This document shows positions 28,527-37,517 of a stretch of DNA of 64,000 nt, one piece after another. How positions within the stretch are numbered: the first letter of the stretch is position 1; every line of letters starts with the position of its first letter. Under the pieces are notes generated by a model that ran no database searches, was not told the DNA's origin, and saw only the letters and a program-made list of their open reading frames with translations. The stretch is from Nanobdellota archaeon (GTDB lineage: Archaea; Nanobdellota; Nanobdellia; Pacearchaeales; GW2011-AR1): positions 15,324 to 79,323 of the forward strand of contig DAHWUG010000001.1 of the NCBI GenBank assembly GCA_027334715.1, read 5' to 3'. The translations under genes were made by a program, and so were the position numbers.

Positions 28527-29908
28527 TAAAACCTTATTTTTTTTATTTTGCCAAATTTTTTTGCCAGTTTCTGCATCTGCCTCTGGTCAAGACCTTTTGA
28601 CATATCCATTCCGCTGCCCGACTTTACCATTTCATTAAGGAGCCTATACTGTTTTAACAAAGAACGCACATCGCTTCCATGAACGCCCGCTCCCTGCGCA
28701 ACTCTTGAAATTCTGGATGTCTGTTTTTCAAGAAGTTCCGGATTTTCCTTTTCTTCCCTTGTCATTGATTTAAGAATGTGCTCCCATTTTGCCAGTTTTG
28801 CTTCCTGGCTTTCAAGGACATTGTCCGGAATTTTTGCTGAACCAAATCCGGGAATCATTGATTTTATTTTTTCAAATCCACCCAGTGAATTCATTGAACG
28901 AACCTGCTCTATGACATCTTCAAGGCTGAGTTTTCCTTCTGCAATCTGTTGTTGCATTTTTTCCTGCTTTTTTTCATCTGTTACAGAACGAATTTTTTCC
29001 ATAAGAGCTTCCAAATCTCCCATTCCAAGAAGCCTTGAAAGGAAAGAAGATGGATTGAATTCTTCAATGTCATTTATTTTCTCGCCTGTTGTTATAAAAT
29101 AAACAGGAGCCTTTGTCTCTGCGCATGCAGTTAGAGCTCCGCCGCCCTTTGCAGTTGAATCCATTCTTGTTATTATAACTCCCGAAATCTTCAAAGCTTG
29201 AAGAAACTCCTGAGCCTGCTTTTTAGCTGCCTGGCCGATATCTGCAGGCATTACAAGTATTGTTTCTGTCGGTCTGATTTCCCTATCGAGCGCTTTTATT
29301 TCTTCAATAAGCTCTTTGTCCAGAGTGTGTCTTCCAGCTGTATCAATAACAACAACATTGTAATCTTTCAATTGTTTTTCACAACTTTTCCAGAGATTTA
29401 CTGCATTTTTTTCTTTCATGTCAACAAAACAGTTAAGATGATTTCTTTCTGCAAGCTGCTTTAATTGTTCTGGTGCTGCAGGGCGATAAACATCAAGGCC
29501 CACAAGAGCTGCCTTGTTCCCCCTTTTTGCATAATAATTTCCAAGTTTTGCAATTGTTGTCGTCTTTCCTGCTCCATACAAACCAAGAAGCATAATTCTG
29601 TTTTGGGTTTTTTTAAGTTCAAGAGGTTTGTATTCCCCCAAAATCCTTGCAAGTTCATCATGAAGCAACTTGATTATGTGCTCTTTTTTTTCAATGCCTT
29701 TTATTCTTTCATCCATGGCAGTTTTTCTTATCTTTTCGCTGAGCTCTTTTACAAGAAGAACATTGACATCTGCTTCAATCAATGCCCTTTGCAGGTCTTT
29801 TATTATGGAATCAACCATATCTTTGTCAAGAAATATAGCATTTGCGATTTTGTTTGTTGTTCTTCTTAACAAGTCTCCAAGTTTTTCAAGCATTGAAAAA
29901 GAAGCCAA
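28526..29908 (-). CDS. srp54: signal recognition particle protein SRP54
   Basis: NG domain GLYGAGKTTT, DTAGR; Met-rich M domain. Confidence 0.9.
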   Translation of the reverse strand: MASFSMLEKLGDLLRRTTNKIANAIFLDKDMVDSIIKDLQRALIEADVNVLLVKELSEKIRKTAMDERIKGIEKKEHIIKLLHDELARILGEYKPLELKKTQNRIMLLGLYGAGKTTTIAKLGNYYAKRGNKAALVGLDVYRPAAPEQLKQLAERNHLNCFVDMKEKNAVNLWKSCEKQLKDYNVVVIDTAGRHTLDKELIEEIKALDREIRPTETILVMPADIGQAAKKQAQEFLQALKISGVIITRMDSTAKGGGALTACAETKAPVYFITTGEKINDIEEFNPSSFLSRLLGMGDLEALMEKIRSVTDEKKQEKMQQQIAEGKLSLEDVIEQVRSMNSLGGFEKIKSMIPGFGSAKIPDNVLESQEAKLAKWEHILKSMTREEKENPELLEKQTSRISRVAQGAGVHGSDVRSLLKQYRLLNEMVKSGSGMDMSKGLDQRQMQKLAKKFGKIKKIRF

Positions 29909-29930
29909 TTTAGAGTTAATAAATTTGTGG

Positions 29931-31001
29931 TTACAACCCTAATTTTTCAGTAAACTTTCTCTTGTCAAAAAGCTCCAGGTCCCTGTATTCCTGGCCAGTT
30001 CCAAGGAAAAGAACAGGTCTTCTTGTTGCATAGCTTACAGAAACAGCTGTTCCGCCCTTTTCATCCACATCTGCCTTTGTTAAAATTATTCCGTCAATTC
30101 CAACTGCCTCATTAAAGCTTTCTGCCTGTTCTACAGAATCATTTCCAGTTATGCTTTCTCCTATGAAAAGTTTTAAATCAGGTTTACAGACATTTGAAAT
30201 TTTCTCAATTTCTTTCATGAGATTTTTTGCAGTGTGCATTCTTCCTGCCGTGTCAATCAATACTACAGGTATATGATTTTTCTTTGCATAGCTTATTGCA
30301 TCAAAGCCAACCGCTGCAGGATCTGAACCATACTGCTGGCTTATTATTTTGACATTCAGCTTTTCTCCGTGCTTTTTCAGCTGCTCTATTGATGCTGCAC
30401 GGAAAGTATCTGCAGCTGCAATAACACTTGAGAGTCTTTTGTCTTTCAAATATTCTGCAACTTTTGCAATTGTTGTTGTTTTTCCTGTTCCATTTATTCC
30501 AACAAAAAGAATTATATACGGCTCTTTTGAATTTGCCTGCTTTTCTGCAATTTTAAAGGAAATGTCAAAAGGGTTCATTATTATTTCTTCAATTGTATCC
30601 CTCAAACTGGCTTTTATTTCAGATTCTATTTCATCTTTTAGAAATTCCCTGCCTAAAACACGCCTTTTCAACTCCCAGATTATTTTCTCAACAGCAGTGT
30701 ACGCAACATTATTCTCAAGAAGAAGATTTTGCAAATCATCGCTGTACCTGTTGAAATCTTCCTCTGATATTTCCGTTTTTGAGATTTTTGTCTTTATTTT
30801 TTCAAAAAAACCTTCCTTTTTCTCGCTTACTTCTATTTTTCTCGGCTTTTTCCCTGCTTTTTCCCTGGTTTCTGCCTTTATTTCCTGCTTTTTTGCTTCT
30901 TCTTTTGAGAGTTTTTTAGCCCAGCCGCTTATTTTTTCCCTTAAAAACTTAAACATACTTTTTCCATGTTTTGCACGTTTATAACTTTTTTTAGTGAACA
31001 T
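29931..31001 (-). CDS. ftsY: SRP receptor FtsY
   Basis: GINGTGKTTTIAK, DTAGR; charged N-terminal A-domain. Confidence 0.85.
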   Translation of the reverse strand: MFTKKSYKRAKHGKSMFKFLREKISGWAKKLSKEEAKKQEIKAETREKAGKKPRKIEVSEKKEGFFEKIKTKISKTEISEEDFNRYSDDLQNLLLENNVAYTAVEKIIWELKRRVLGREFLKDEIESEIKASLRDTIEEIIMNPFDISFKIAEKQANSKEPYIILFVGINGTGKTTTIAKVAEYLKDKRLSSVIAAADTFRAASIEQLKKHGEKLNVKIISQQYGSDPAAVGFDAISYAKKNHIPVVLIDTAGRMHTAKNLMKEIEKISNVCKPDLKLFIGESITGNDSVEQAESFNEAVGIDGIILTKADVDEKGGTAVSVSYATRRPVLFLGTGQEYRDLELFDKRKFTEKLGL

Positions 31002-31029
31002 AAATTTTTATAAATAAAGAAAAGCTTTT

Positions 31030-32343
31030 TTGGGCATGAAGGGCATTCTAGTAATCCTTGATGGCCTTGGAGACCTGGATTCTAAGCAACTAGACGGCAA
31101 AACACCGCTTGAAGCAGCTGAAATGCCCAACTTGGACTTCTTGGCAAACAGGGGTCATATGGGTTTCATGTATCCAGTAAGGCCAGGCTTTGTGCCTGAA
31201 TCAGATGAGGCTGTTGTTTCTATTTTTGGGAATGACTTAATGGATAGCTCAAGGGGGCAGCTTGAAGCACGCGGTGCCGGATTGAACTTAACAAGAGGAG
31301 ACCTTGCATTAAGAGTTAATTTTGCAACAATAGATAATATTGAATCAGGAAATATCATCGACAGAAGAGCCGGAAGGACACTTACGACCAATGAAGCTGA
31401 AATTCTTGCCAAGGCATTGAACAAAATAAGACTTCCCTGCGAGTTTGAATTTAAATCCACAATACAACATCGTGCTGTCCTGGTGCTTAAAGGCGGCTTT
31501 TCAGATAGCATCTCTGGAAATGATTATACATACACCGGAGGGCAAGCAATAGCTGCTGAAAAAATAGGTGTTTTCAAACCTCTTGATGAGGAAGATAATT
31601 CAACATATACCACAAATGTCTTAAAAGAATTTATAGAAAAGGCATACGAAGTTCTGGATAAACATCCAGTAAATGAAGAAAGAAGAAGAAGAGGATTGCT
31701 TCCCGCTAACTTCTTGCTAATGAGGGGGGCAGGTATTGAGCCCCAAAAATTAAAATACTACAAAAAATGGATGTCTGTTGCTTACATGCCTTTGGAAAAG
31801 GGTTTTGCAAAAATATGCGGAATGACTAATTTTTCATTCGACTATCCCAAACTGAAAAATCTGGATGCTTATTCAAATCTTTGGCAGGGGCTTAAGGAAG
31901 CATGCGAATTTTCTGAGAAAGCAATAAAAAAGAATTTCAAAAATTTTGATTATGCTTATGTACATATAAAGGAGACAGATTTACCCGGACATGATAACAA
32001 ACCATTTGAGAAAAAGCATATGCTTGAATACATTGACAAGACTTTCTTCAAATTTCTTGTTTCTTTTGCACCACCAAACAAAATAAAGGTGATTGTTACG
32101 GGGGACCATTCAACACCATGCAGATTGAAAGCTCATAGTGCAGATCCTGTTCCTATAATGTTTTACAATCAGTCTCTGCCTAAAATGAGAAGCTTTGGAC
32201 TTGGAAGATTTTTCAGCAAACAAAGTGCTATTGAAGGAGAGAAAGAGAAAAAAAGGGTCAAATTCTCTGAAAGAGAGGCAAGAAAAGGTACTCTTGGGAG
32301 AATTCTTGGAAAGGACATTTTGGAAAGGCTTGGATTTATTTGA
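31030..32343 (+). CDS. apgM: archaeal-type 2,3-bisphosphoglycerate-independent phosphoglycerate mutase
   Basis: MKGILVILDGLGD N-terminus, TGDHSTP metal-binding motif. Confidence 0.8.
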   Translation: MGMKGILVILDGLGDLDSKQLDGKTPLEAAEMPNLDFLANRGHMGFMYPVRPGFVPESDEAVVSIFGNDLMDSSRGQLEARGAGLNLTRGDLALRVNFATIDNIESGNIIDRRAGRTLTTNEAEILAKALNKIRLPCEFEFKSTIQHRAVLVLKGGFSDSISGNDYTYTGGQAIAAEKIGVFKPLDEEDNSTYTTNVLKEFIEKAYEVLDKHPVNEERRRRGLLPANFLLMRGAGIEPQKLKYYKKWMSVAYMPLEKGFAKICGMTNFSFDYPKLKNLDAYSNLWQGLKEACEFSEKAIKKNFKNFDYAYVHIKETDLPGHDNKPFEKKHMLEYIDKTFFKFLVSFAPPNKIKVIVTGDHSTPCRLKAHSADPVPIMFYNQSLPKMRSFGLGRFFSKQSAIEGEKEKKRVKFSEREARKGTLGRILGKDILERLGFI

Positions 32344-32415
32344 ATGCTTCTTAATTATGACTTTTCATTATAGCAATCATTAAAAATGCCATGTGTTTTT
32401 CAGAGTTTAGGCAAG

Positions 32416-32970
32416 ATGATAACCTACAATGATATTTATGAAGCTGCAAGAAAAGAGAGATATTCTGAGCAGCTGCAGCAGATTCCCAAGAATTTTGTTG
32501 AGGAAGTCGCAGGGTATTTAAGAGACAAGAAAGAAATGGCTTCAAAGGAAGATGATGTTTTCTCAGAGGCAATTGCAAAGACAAAAAAACAACTTGAGAA
32601 TGCAATAACCCTTTTCAAGGAGCTTTTGCTTAGAAGAAGAAAAAAAATACTGGCCCTTGTTCTAATTGCCACTGAAACAGGCATTTCAAAACAGGATTTT
32701 GAGAATATGCTTGGGTTTGAAAAAGAGCTTTTTGAAGCGCTGATGAAGAACATTGACCTGACAGACAAAAGCATTCAGGAAATACTTAATGGGAAAAAAC
32801 AGGAAGAAACAAATAATGAGCTGATAATCTTCAAGACGAATGTTGATGAATTTATGGACCTGGAAGGCGGAAAACTTGGGCCCTTTGAAAAAGGTCAGAT
32901 GGCAAATATCCCTAAAAACATTGCTAAAATACTGATTGATGACGGAAAAGCAGAGATTGTGCAAAGATAA
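32416..32970 (+). CDS. GINS complex subunit (Gins51/15-like)
   Basis: MITYNDIYEAARKERYSEQLQQIPKNFVEEVAGYL matches the GINS A-domain; C-terminal B-domain LEGGKLGPFEKGQMANIP. Confidence 0.5.
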   Translation: MITYNDIYEAARKERYSEQLQQIPKNFVEEVAGYLRDKKEMASKEDDVFSEAIAKTKKQLENAITLFKELLLRRRKKILALVLIATETGISKQDFENMLGFEKELFEALMKNIDLTDKSIQEILNGKKQEETNNELIIFKTNVDEFMDLEGGKLGPFEKGQMANIPKNIAKILIDDGKAEIVQR

Positions 32971-33012
32971 AATAATTTTATAAACAAGATTCCTAATTAA
33001 ATATCCGACAAA

Positions 33013-33495
33013 ATGACTTTAAATGCAGAAAGAAACCTTGAAAGCGTTGCCTTTGAAGCAAATGACCAGAATGTAAAGCAGCTAAAAGGAATTAAGAGGA
33101 TATTGTACACCCCCTATGCTATTTACTGGAAAGGGGGTCAGATGAGGTCTTATCAGGAAGAAGCTGCAGAAAAAGCCGGAATAAAGGCAGAAAATCTTAC
33201 AATTCTGAATGCAGTCATTTTTGGTTTTGGTGGCGCATTGTTATACCACCATCTAGGACAGGACTCAAATTATTTTTTTGGTGAGCATTTTGTGCATAGA
33301 ATGTCTGGATTTTTAGGCACAACCACAGAATATTCTCTTTACGGGTTGTCTGCATTTATGGCTGTGCAATCTTCATTAAGAGCTTTTTATTCCATTAAAA
33401 ATAAGAAAGCTGTTGCTGCTATAGGCATAGAGGCATTTATTGGCGATGCACTAACCTTTCTTTATAAAAAATCTAGAACAAAGCATGTGAAATAA
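33013..33495 (+). CDS. hypothetical protein
   Basis: 160 aa; partly hydrophobic. Confidence 0.35.
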   Translation: MTLNAERNLESVAFEANDQNVKQLKGIKRILYTPYAIYWKGGQMRSYQEEAAEKAGIKAENLTILNAVIFGFGGALLYHHLGQDSNYFFGEHFVHRMSGFLGTTTEYSLYGLSAFMAVQSSLRAFYSIKNKKAVAAIGIEAFIGDALTFLYKKSRTKHVK

Positions 33496-33544
33496 AACTT
33501 ATTCCTGAATTTGGAATTTTTTCTGCAACAGTCTTTTTTAAAAA

Positions 33545-33644
33545 AGCCTGTGGAGGGAGTTGAACCCTCGACCCCCGGTTAATTCGGAACTTTGTTTTTC
33601 AAAATTCATACAAAACCGATGCTCTGCCACTGAGCTACACAGGC
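33545..33644 (-). tRNA. tRNA-Thr (anticodon UGU) with an intron of about 28 nt
   Basis: acceptor GCCTGTG/CACAGGC, D arm GCTC-AGTGGCA-GAGC, loop TTTGTA then intron then A-ACCGG, T loop TTCAACT. Confidence 0.6.
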
Positions 33645-33677
33645 ATGATTTTACAAAGAAACCATGGATTTAAAAGA

Positions 33678-34172
33678 TTATTGATTAAATCTCTTCCATT
33701 CTGTTTTTATTCCTTTAATCTTATTTTCTGTCATGACCAGCTCATCCAAAATGCCGTCAATAAGGGGATATTTCTTTGCCTCTTCCAGTGAAATCCATGC
33801 ATACTGGTCATTTTCCTCTTCCTGCAGTTTTATTTCCCCTGAATCATAATCTGCAATCAAGGAAATAATAATAGAATCTGGAGCAGTTTCCCCATATTGT
33901 GCAATTATGCTTGTAAGATAATCAATATTTTTTATTTCAATTCCGACTTCTTCTCTTACTTCGCGTCTTGCGACTTTCTCAAAGAGATTATACCATGCAT
34001 TTACAGTGTCTTTTGGAAGAGAAAGATAGTCATGAGTTTCAAGCTTCCCACCAGGAACTGTCCACATGCCCGGCCATTTTTTCTTGCTTGCAGAGCGCCT
34101 TGTTATGAGATATTTTCTGTCTTTAATAACAATCACAGTTATTGCAATTTTATATGCGGGTTGCTCCTCCAT
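33678..34172 (-). CDS. NUDIX hydrolase
   Basis: Nudix box GGKLETHDYLSLPKDTVNAWYNLFEKVARREVREEVGIEI. Confidence 0.75.
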   Translation of the reverse strand: MEEQPAYKIAITVIVIKDRKYLITRRSASKKKWPGMWTVPGGKLETHDYLSLPKDTVNAWYNLFEKVARREVREEVGIEIKNIDYLTSIIAQYGETAPDSIIISLIADYDSGEIKLQEEENDQYAWISLEEAKKYPLIDGILDELVMTENKIKGIKTEWKRFNQ

Positions 34173-34213
34173 TTTATAATAAATTATTAGAAATATATAA
34201 AATTAATTATTAT

Positions 34214-34750
34214 TTACAGCTTTTTTTCAATTCTGAAAATTCTTATTTCACAGAGTGCGAGAGGATAAATTTTCTTTAACTTTAGGCTCAATGACCTTTG
34301 CATTCTGTTCTGTATCAATTCTTCAAACAATGAATCTACTGTCTTGTCCTTTACATAATTTATTATTTCCTCTCTTGCCCTTTCCCTTAGGGCTTTTCTG
34401 ATTTCTCTCGAAACTTTTTTTCTTGTTATCAAAAAAGGTTTTATTTCAACTTTAGCATCCTTTGTTTCTGCCGAGAATGAGTCTTCAACGTAATTTGCCC
34501 CCTTTCTTATCATCTTCCTTATGAAATAAGGAAGGATCACAAATTCCTTCGGGTATGCCTTTGCCTTGTTGTCCTCTATCCTGACATCCATCGTAAGAAG
34601 AACGCTTTTACCTCTTAGCATTCTTGTCAAATCATATTTTATTGTCCTGCCATTAAGCTCTGAAATTTCATAAGCATAAAGCTGGGTATCCCTGTTCAAA
34701 ATAGGAATATCAACATCAAAAAATTTCTGTTTTCTTTTTGCCTGTGCCAT
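34214..34750 (-). CDS. rps3ae: ribosomal protein S3Ae (S1e)
   Basis: 178 aa; KRKQKFFDVDIP...LGRT N-terminal pattern. Confidence 0.8.
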   Translation of the reverse strand: MAQAKRKQKFFDVDIPILNRDTQLYAYEISELNGRTIKYDLTRMLRGKSVLLTMDVRIEDNKAKAYPKEFVILPYFIRKMIRKGANYVEDSFSAETKDAKVEIKPFLITRKKVSREIRKALRERAREEIINYVKDKTVDSLFEELIQNRMQRSLSLKLKKIYPLALCEIRIFRIEKKL

Positions 34751-34770
34751 TTTATCTGTTAATTTTTATT

Positions 34771-35085
34771 TTACTCCTGTTGTATTTTTCCTGCTCTTTT
34801 ATTTCTTCTGCCCTGCCTGTATTTTGCCTTTCCGCATTTTTCGCAGATGTACATAATGTTTGTCTTTTTTGTTGTCTTGGATTTTCTTTTGAATTTTGAA
34901 ACAGCCGGCTTTGAATATTTTCCTTTATTTCCAATACCCCTATTTTGCCCCCTTAATCTTGCTCTATCTTTTGAACCTCTTGTTAAAGCTCCTCTCTTTC
35001 CTCCTGTACCCACTAATTTTATTTTCTGCTTTGTCTTTTCATTGCAGTAAGGACAATACCTGTTCACTGTTTTTGGTATCTTCAT
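34771..35085 (-). CDS. rpl44e: ribosomal protein L44e
   Basis: CPYCNEKT...IGNKGKYSK...CEKCGKA C4 zinc ribbon. Confidence 0.85.
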   Translation of the reverse strand: MKIPKTVNRYCPYCNEKTKQKIKLVGTGGKRGALTRGSKDRARLRGQNRGIGNKGKYSKPAVSKFKRKSKTTKKTNIMYICEKCGKAKYRQGRRNKRAGKIQQE

Positions 35086-35154
35086 GATTTGAAAAGAAAA
35101 AATGTCTTTTTAAAGGTTATTAAGAAGCAAGATTAAATCGCCCTGCCAAGAACA

Positions 35155-35225
35155 TGGGCGTACCAAGGATTGAACTTGGGAATCATCCACGTCAAGGATG
35201 CAGTTTGCCACTAGCTTATACGCCC
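35155..35225 (-). tRNA. tRNA-Val (anticodon GAC), atypical D arm
   Basis: acceptor GGGCGTA/TACGCCC, anticodon arm CATCC-TTGACGT-GGATG, T arm CCAAG-TTCAATC-CTTGG; a 4-bp D stem could not be drawn. Confidence 0.55.
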
Positions 35226-35352
35226 TTTAAAATGAAGGGTAAATTTAAGGTTTTATATTTTTCCACTTCGAAATAACCACACAATTAGACTACAAGACTA
35301 TTAAAAAACAGCCTCCAGAAATATTTAAATATAACTCTAAACAAATTAACTT

Positions 35353-35577
35353 ATGAGGGGTTATCCAGGAACTTATCCAAGAAGAGGCGGCTCGGGATTC
35401 TTTGTTGTAATATTCGTACTCTTTGGCCTGTATTTAATCAATTATGCAATTCAGTTTATTGTTATACCTGCAGCTTTCAAATCCTTTGAGCAGTGGATAA
35501 TTCTTGCTGGGGGCGTTCTTCTTCTTATAGGTGCAATAAATCAATTGCGATTGAATAGGTATATGAGAGGATATTAA
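35353..35577 (+). CDS. small membrane protein
   Basis: 74 aa, two TM helices. Confidence 0.35.
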   Translation: MRGYPGTYPRRGGSGFFVVIFVLFGLYLINYAIQFIVIPAAFKSFEQWIILAGGVLLLIGAINQLRLNRYMRGY

Positions 35578-35668
35578 ATTTATTAGCCTGATTTGAGTTT
35601 TTTATTTTTATTTGATGTTTTCCTCCTATTCTAACAAAATTTATATACGTAATTTGCATGTTTTTTAT

Positions 35669-37516
35669 ATGAGGTTTAGAAGGGGTGAAAATAGTAAAAA
35701 AGGTCAAGTTACTGTTTTCATAATCATTGCAGTTATGATTGTTTCGCTGGCTCTAGGATATCTTTTTTTAAGAAATTCTGTTGCAACACAAAGCATTCCT
35801 GTTGACATACGGCCTGTTTATGATAGCTTTGTTTCCTGCTTGCAGGATAATACCCGGACAGGAATTAGTGTTTTGGAAAGTCAGGGCGGGTACATAAATC
35901 TCCCTGCCTTTGATCCTGGAAACACATACATGCCTTTTTCTTCTCAGCTTAATTTCGCAGGAACGCAGATCCCTTATTGGTATTATATATCAGGAAACAA
36001 CATCCCAAAAACACAGATTCCTTCTGTCAGCGATATGCAGACTTCATTAGGTAATTTTATCTCCCAAAAAATAAGAAGCTGTGACTTAAGAGATTATTAC
36101 TCCCAGGGATTTGTTGTTACAATGGGAGATCCAAGCAGCTCTGTCAATATAAAATCAAATGAAGTTGATGTTAGCTTATCAATGCCTTTAACTATACAAA
36201 AAGGAAATGAAACAGCTGTTGTGAACACACATAAAATTGCAGTAACCTCCCCTCTTGGAGAATTGTACAATTCTGCGCAGACTGTTTATAATGATGAACA
36301 AAAAAACATGTTTTTGGAAAATTATACCATGGATGAATTAATGACTTATGCTCCTGTCGATGGAGTTAAGATTACATGCGGACCTTTGATTTGGAATGCA
36401 AATGATATTTTTGACACACTGCAAAATGCAATAACTGCAAACACTCTTGAGCTAAAATCAAAAGGGGCAACAAACGACTATTTTGCACTACATCTGCCTG
36501 TGAATGATAATGTAAGATTTTTGACCTCCCAGAATTGGTCAAACAGTTTTGAAGTCTCTCCAGCAGACGGGCCGATATTAACAGCTACGCCTGTAGGAAA
36601 TCAGCAGGGTCTCGGAGCTCTTGGATTCTGCTATGTTCCTTATCATTTTGTGTACAACATAAAATATCCTGTTCTTATCCAGATTTACAATCAGAATGAA
36701 ATTTTCCAATTCCCATTTGCAGTTGTCATACAGGGAAACAATCCAAGACAGCCTCTTTCAGGAACAGCTGTTTCTGAAGTTAACTCTCCTTTATGCCAGT
36801 ACAAAAATACACCGGTGCAGATAACTGCTGTTGACAGAAACTTAAATCCAATTGCAAACGCAACCATTTCCTATGAATGCGTTCAGCAAGAATGTTCAAT
36901 AGGTATGACAGACAATTCAGGGGCACTCACTGCAAATTTCCCACAATGCGTAAATGGCTATGTAATTGCACGAGCTCCCGGCTTTAAAGATACAAAATAT
37001 CTTTTTTCAACAGTATCTCAAGGTTCTCTTGAAATGATAATGGACAAACTTTATCCAACAAATGTTCAGCTTCTTGTTGATGGAAAACCATACAGCGGGA
37101 CGGCAATGATAACATTTGATTCAGATTATTCAACACAGACACTTGTCTGGCCTAACCAGAAAACAGTTAATCTTGGAGAGGGCAATGAAAACATAACTGT
37201 TCAGGTTTACATGAATACATCAATAACAATACCTGCAACAACAACACAGCAGTGCGTAACTGTTCCCAATGGAATTCTTGGAATTGTCGGATTGACACGG
37301 CAAAACTGTTTTGAAGTAAATGTTTCCCAGCAGATTATTTCAAATGCTCTTGCAGGAGGAGGAAATACAGAGAATTATTTCCTTGAATCAGACTTATCAC
37401 AAGGCAAAACAGTTCAGATAAATGCACCCAGCTTACCTACTCCAAAGACAATTGGTGACATCCAGAATAATTACAATCTATTTGACCAGAATCAGATAGC
37501 AGTCAACTTAGTATAA
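35669..37516 (+). CDS. large secreted protein with pilin-type class III signal peptide (KKG/Q)
   Basis: MRFRRGENSKKG then QVTVFIIIAVMIVSLALGYLFL; about 600-aa Cys-containing extracellular part; its stop abuts the giant gene. Confidence 0.6.
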   Translation: MRFRRGENSKKGQVTVFIIIAVMIVSLALGYLFLRNSVATQSIPVDIRPVYDSFVSCLQDNTRTGISVLESQGGYINLPAFDPGNTYMPFSSQLNFAGTQIPYWYYISGNNIPKTQIPSVSDMQTSLGNFISQKIRSCDLRDYYSQGFVVTMGDPSSSVNIKSNEVDVSLSMPLTIQKGNETAVVNTHKIAVTSPLGELYNSAQTVYNDEQKNMFLENYTMDELMTYAPVDGVKITCGPLIWNANDIFDTLQNAITANTLELKSKGATNDYFALHLPVNDNVRFLTSQNWSNSFEVSPADGPILTATPVGNQQGLGALGFCYVPYHFVYNIKYPVLIQIYNQNEIFQFPFAVVIQGNNPRQPLSGTAVSEVNSPLCQYKNTPVQITAVDRNLNPIANATISYECVQQECSIGMTDNSGALTANFPQCVNGYVIARAPGFKDTKYLFSTVSQGSLEMIMDKLYPTNVQLLVDGKPYSGTAMITFDSDYSTQTLVWPNQKTVNLGEGNENITVQVYMNTSITIPATTTQQCVTVPNGILGIVGLTRQNCFEVNVSQQIISNALAGGGNTENYFLESDLSQGKTVQINAPSLPTPKTIGDIQNNYNLFDQNQIAVNLV

Positions 37517-37517
37517 A

